A stretch of DNA of 64,000 nt from Octopus vulgaris (taxonomy: Eukaryota). The notes beneath the pieces were generated by a model. It was not told where the DNA came from. It saw nothing but the letters and a program-made list of their open reading frames with translations, and made no database searches. Position numbers and translations under genes: made by a program. Below, piece after piece: positions 63,291-64,000 of this stretch. Location of the stretch: positions 120,714,001-120,778,000 of the forward strand of contig OX597816.1 of assembly GCA_951406725.2 (NCBI GenBank). The letters are read 5' to 3'. Positions within the stretch are counted from its first letter, which is position 1, and each line of letters begins with the position of its first letter.

Positions 63291-64000
63291 GTGTTTGCTC
63301 CAGAATCCAAGTGGAGAGTAAAGTTAGACACAGAGGCCCAGGTCTGCGAGGGTTAAGATGATAGATGTGAATTCTACTTACTCTCTTAGTCACATTGACC
63401 CAGAGATGTGAGAGTAGTGAGGCCTCTTATGTTTTGAGGTAGCAAAGCAATCTCACTAGTGTCTTAGAAAAGGGGTTAGCTTTATGATATACATCCAATA
63501 CTCACTGTAAACTGGCTGGTGAATGCATGGATAACAATTTAGGGTTGTGAGAAAATTTTAGTTTTGTCTTATTGAAGATATGATAACCTGCCTTAATAAG
63601 TGGTACAATGATATATTCATACAACGCACTATAAAATGGTTGGTACTAGGAAGGACACCCAACCAAAGAAACCATGCCAAAAATGGTATGTATAAGTGAG
63701 ACATGGTCCGTTAACCTCTCTTGCAGTTTACTCTAAAGGAAAACTGACTTTGACTGTCATGACTTGTCCAACTCTGCCAGCATGGAAAGCAGGTGTAGAA
63801 CAATGGTAATGATGATTGTATATACACATGACCAGAAATTTGGAGAGAACAATGAAAATCAAAAAAGAATCAAAGGTCCTTCCTAAGCCATAAACTCATA
63901 AAGCTATTGTATAGTGTGTGTATTAGCCTGCTTCCTGGAAAAATGCTGGTCTGTCACAGGATTGTTATCCTTTTTGCCACCTGAATGGACTGAAGCAGTG

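Noticed and set aside
42218-64000. PUDP exon 2 (expected to start D-T-E-x-x-Y)
   Set aside because: No AG-preceded segment with this translation was found; the candidate near 55560 hits a stop immediately.

Overview
Eukaryotic (animal) genomic DNA, AT-rich and dense in microsatellites and transposons. The SINE/RTE repertoire looks like an Octopus (cephalopod) genome; that is an inference from memory of the repeat families, not a database match. Only one host-gene piece is recognisable: coding exon 1 of pseudouridine-5'-phosphatase (PUDP/HDHD1) at ~42.0-42.2 kb. I could not find exon 2, so the rest of the window is probably its first intron. The remainder is mostly mobile DNA: a full-length Tx1-type LINE with an intact 1145-aa ORF2 inside a (TATC)n array, a decayed relative beside (ATC)n, R4/Dong fragments in (TAA)n, several Penelope-like elements, RTE fragments, hAT, DD37D and DD41D Tc1/mariner relics, MITEs, a mini-Helitron and three tRNA-derived SINE families. 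Main highlights: (1) a probable microsatellite-targeting LINE/SINE pair, where a SINE in (GATA)n carries the same ~43-nt 3' tail as the (TATC)n-inserted LINE; (2) at least five sequence-unrelated type I hammerhead ribozymes plus degenerate copies, four of them within 2.1 kb; (3) ORF1 of the LINE broken by serial -1 shifts at A-runs; (4) a mitochondrial-presequence-like N-terminal extension on PUDP; (5) many long inverted repeats. Most short ORFs in the supplied track are microsatellite or antisense artefacts.
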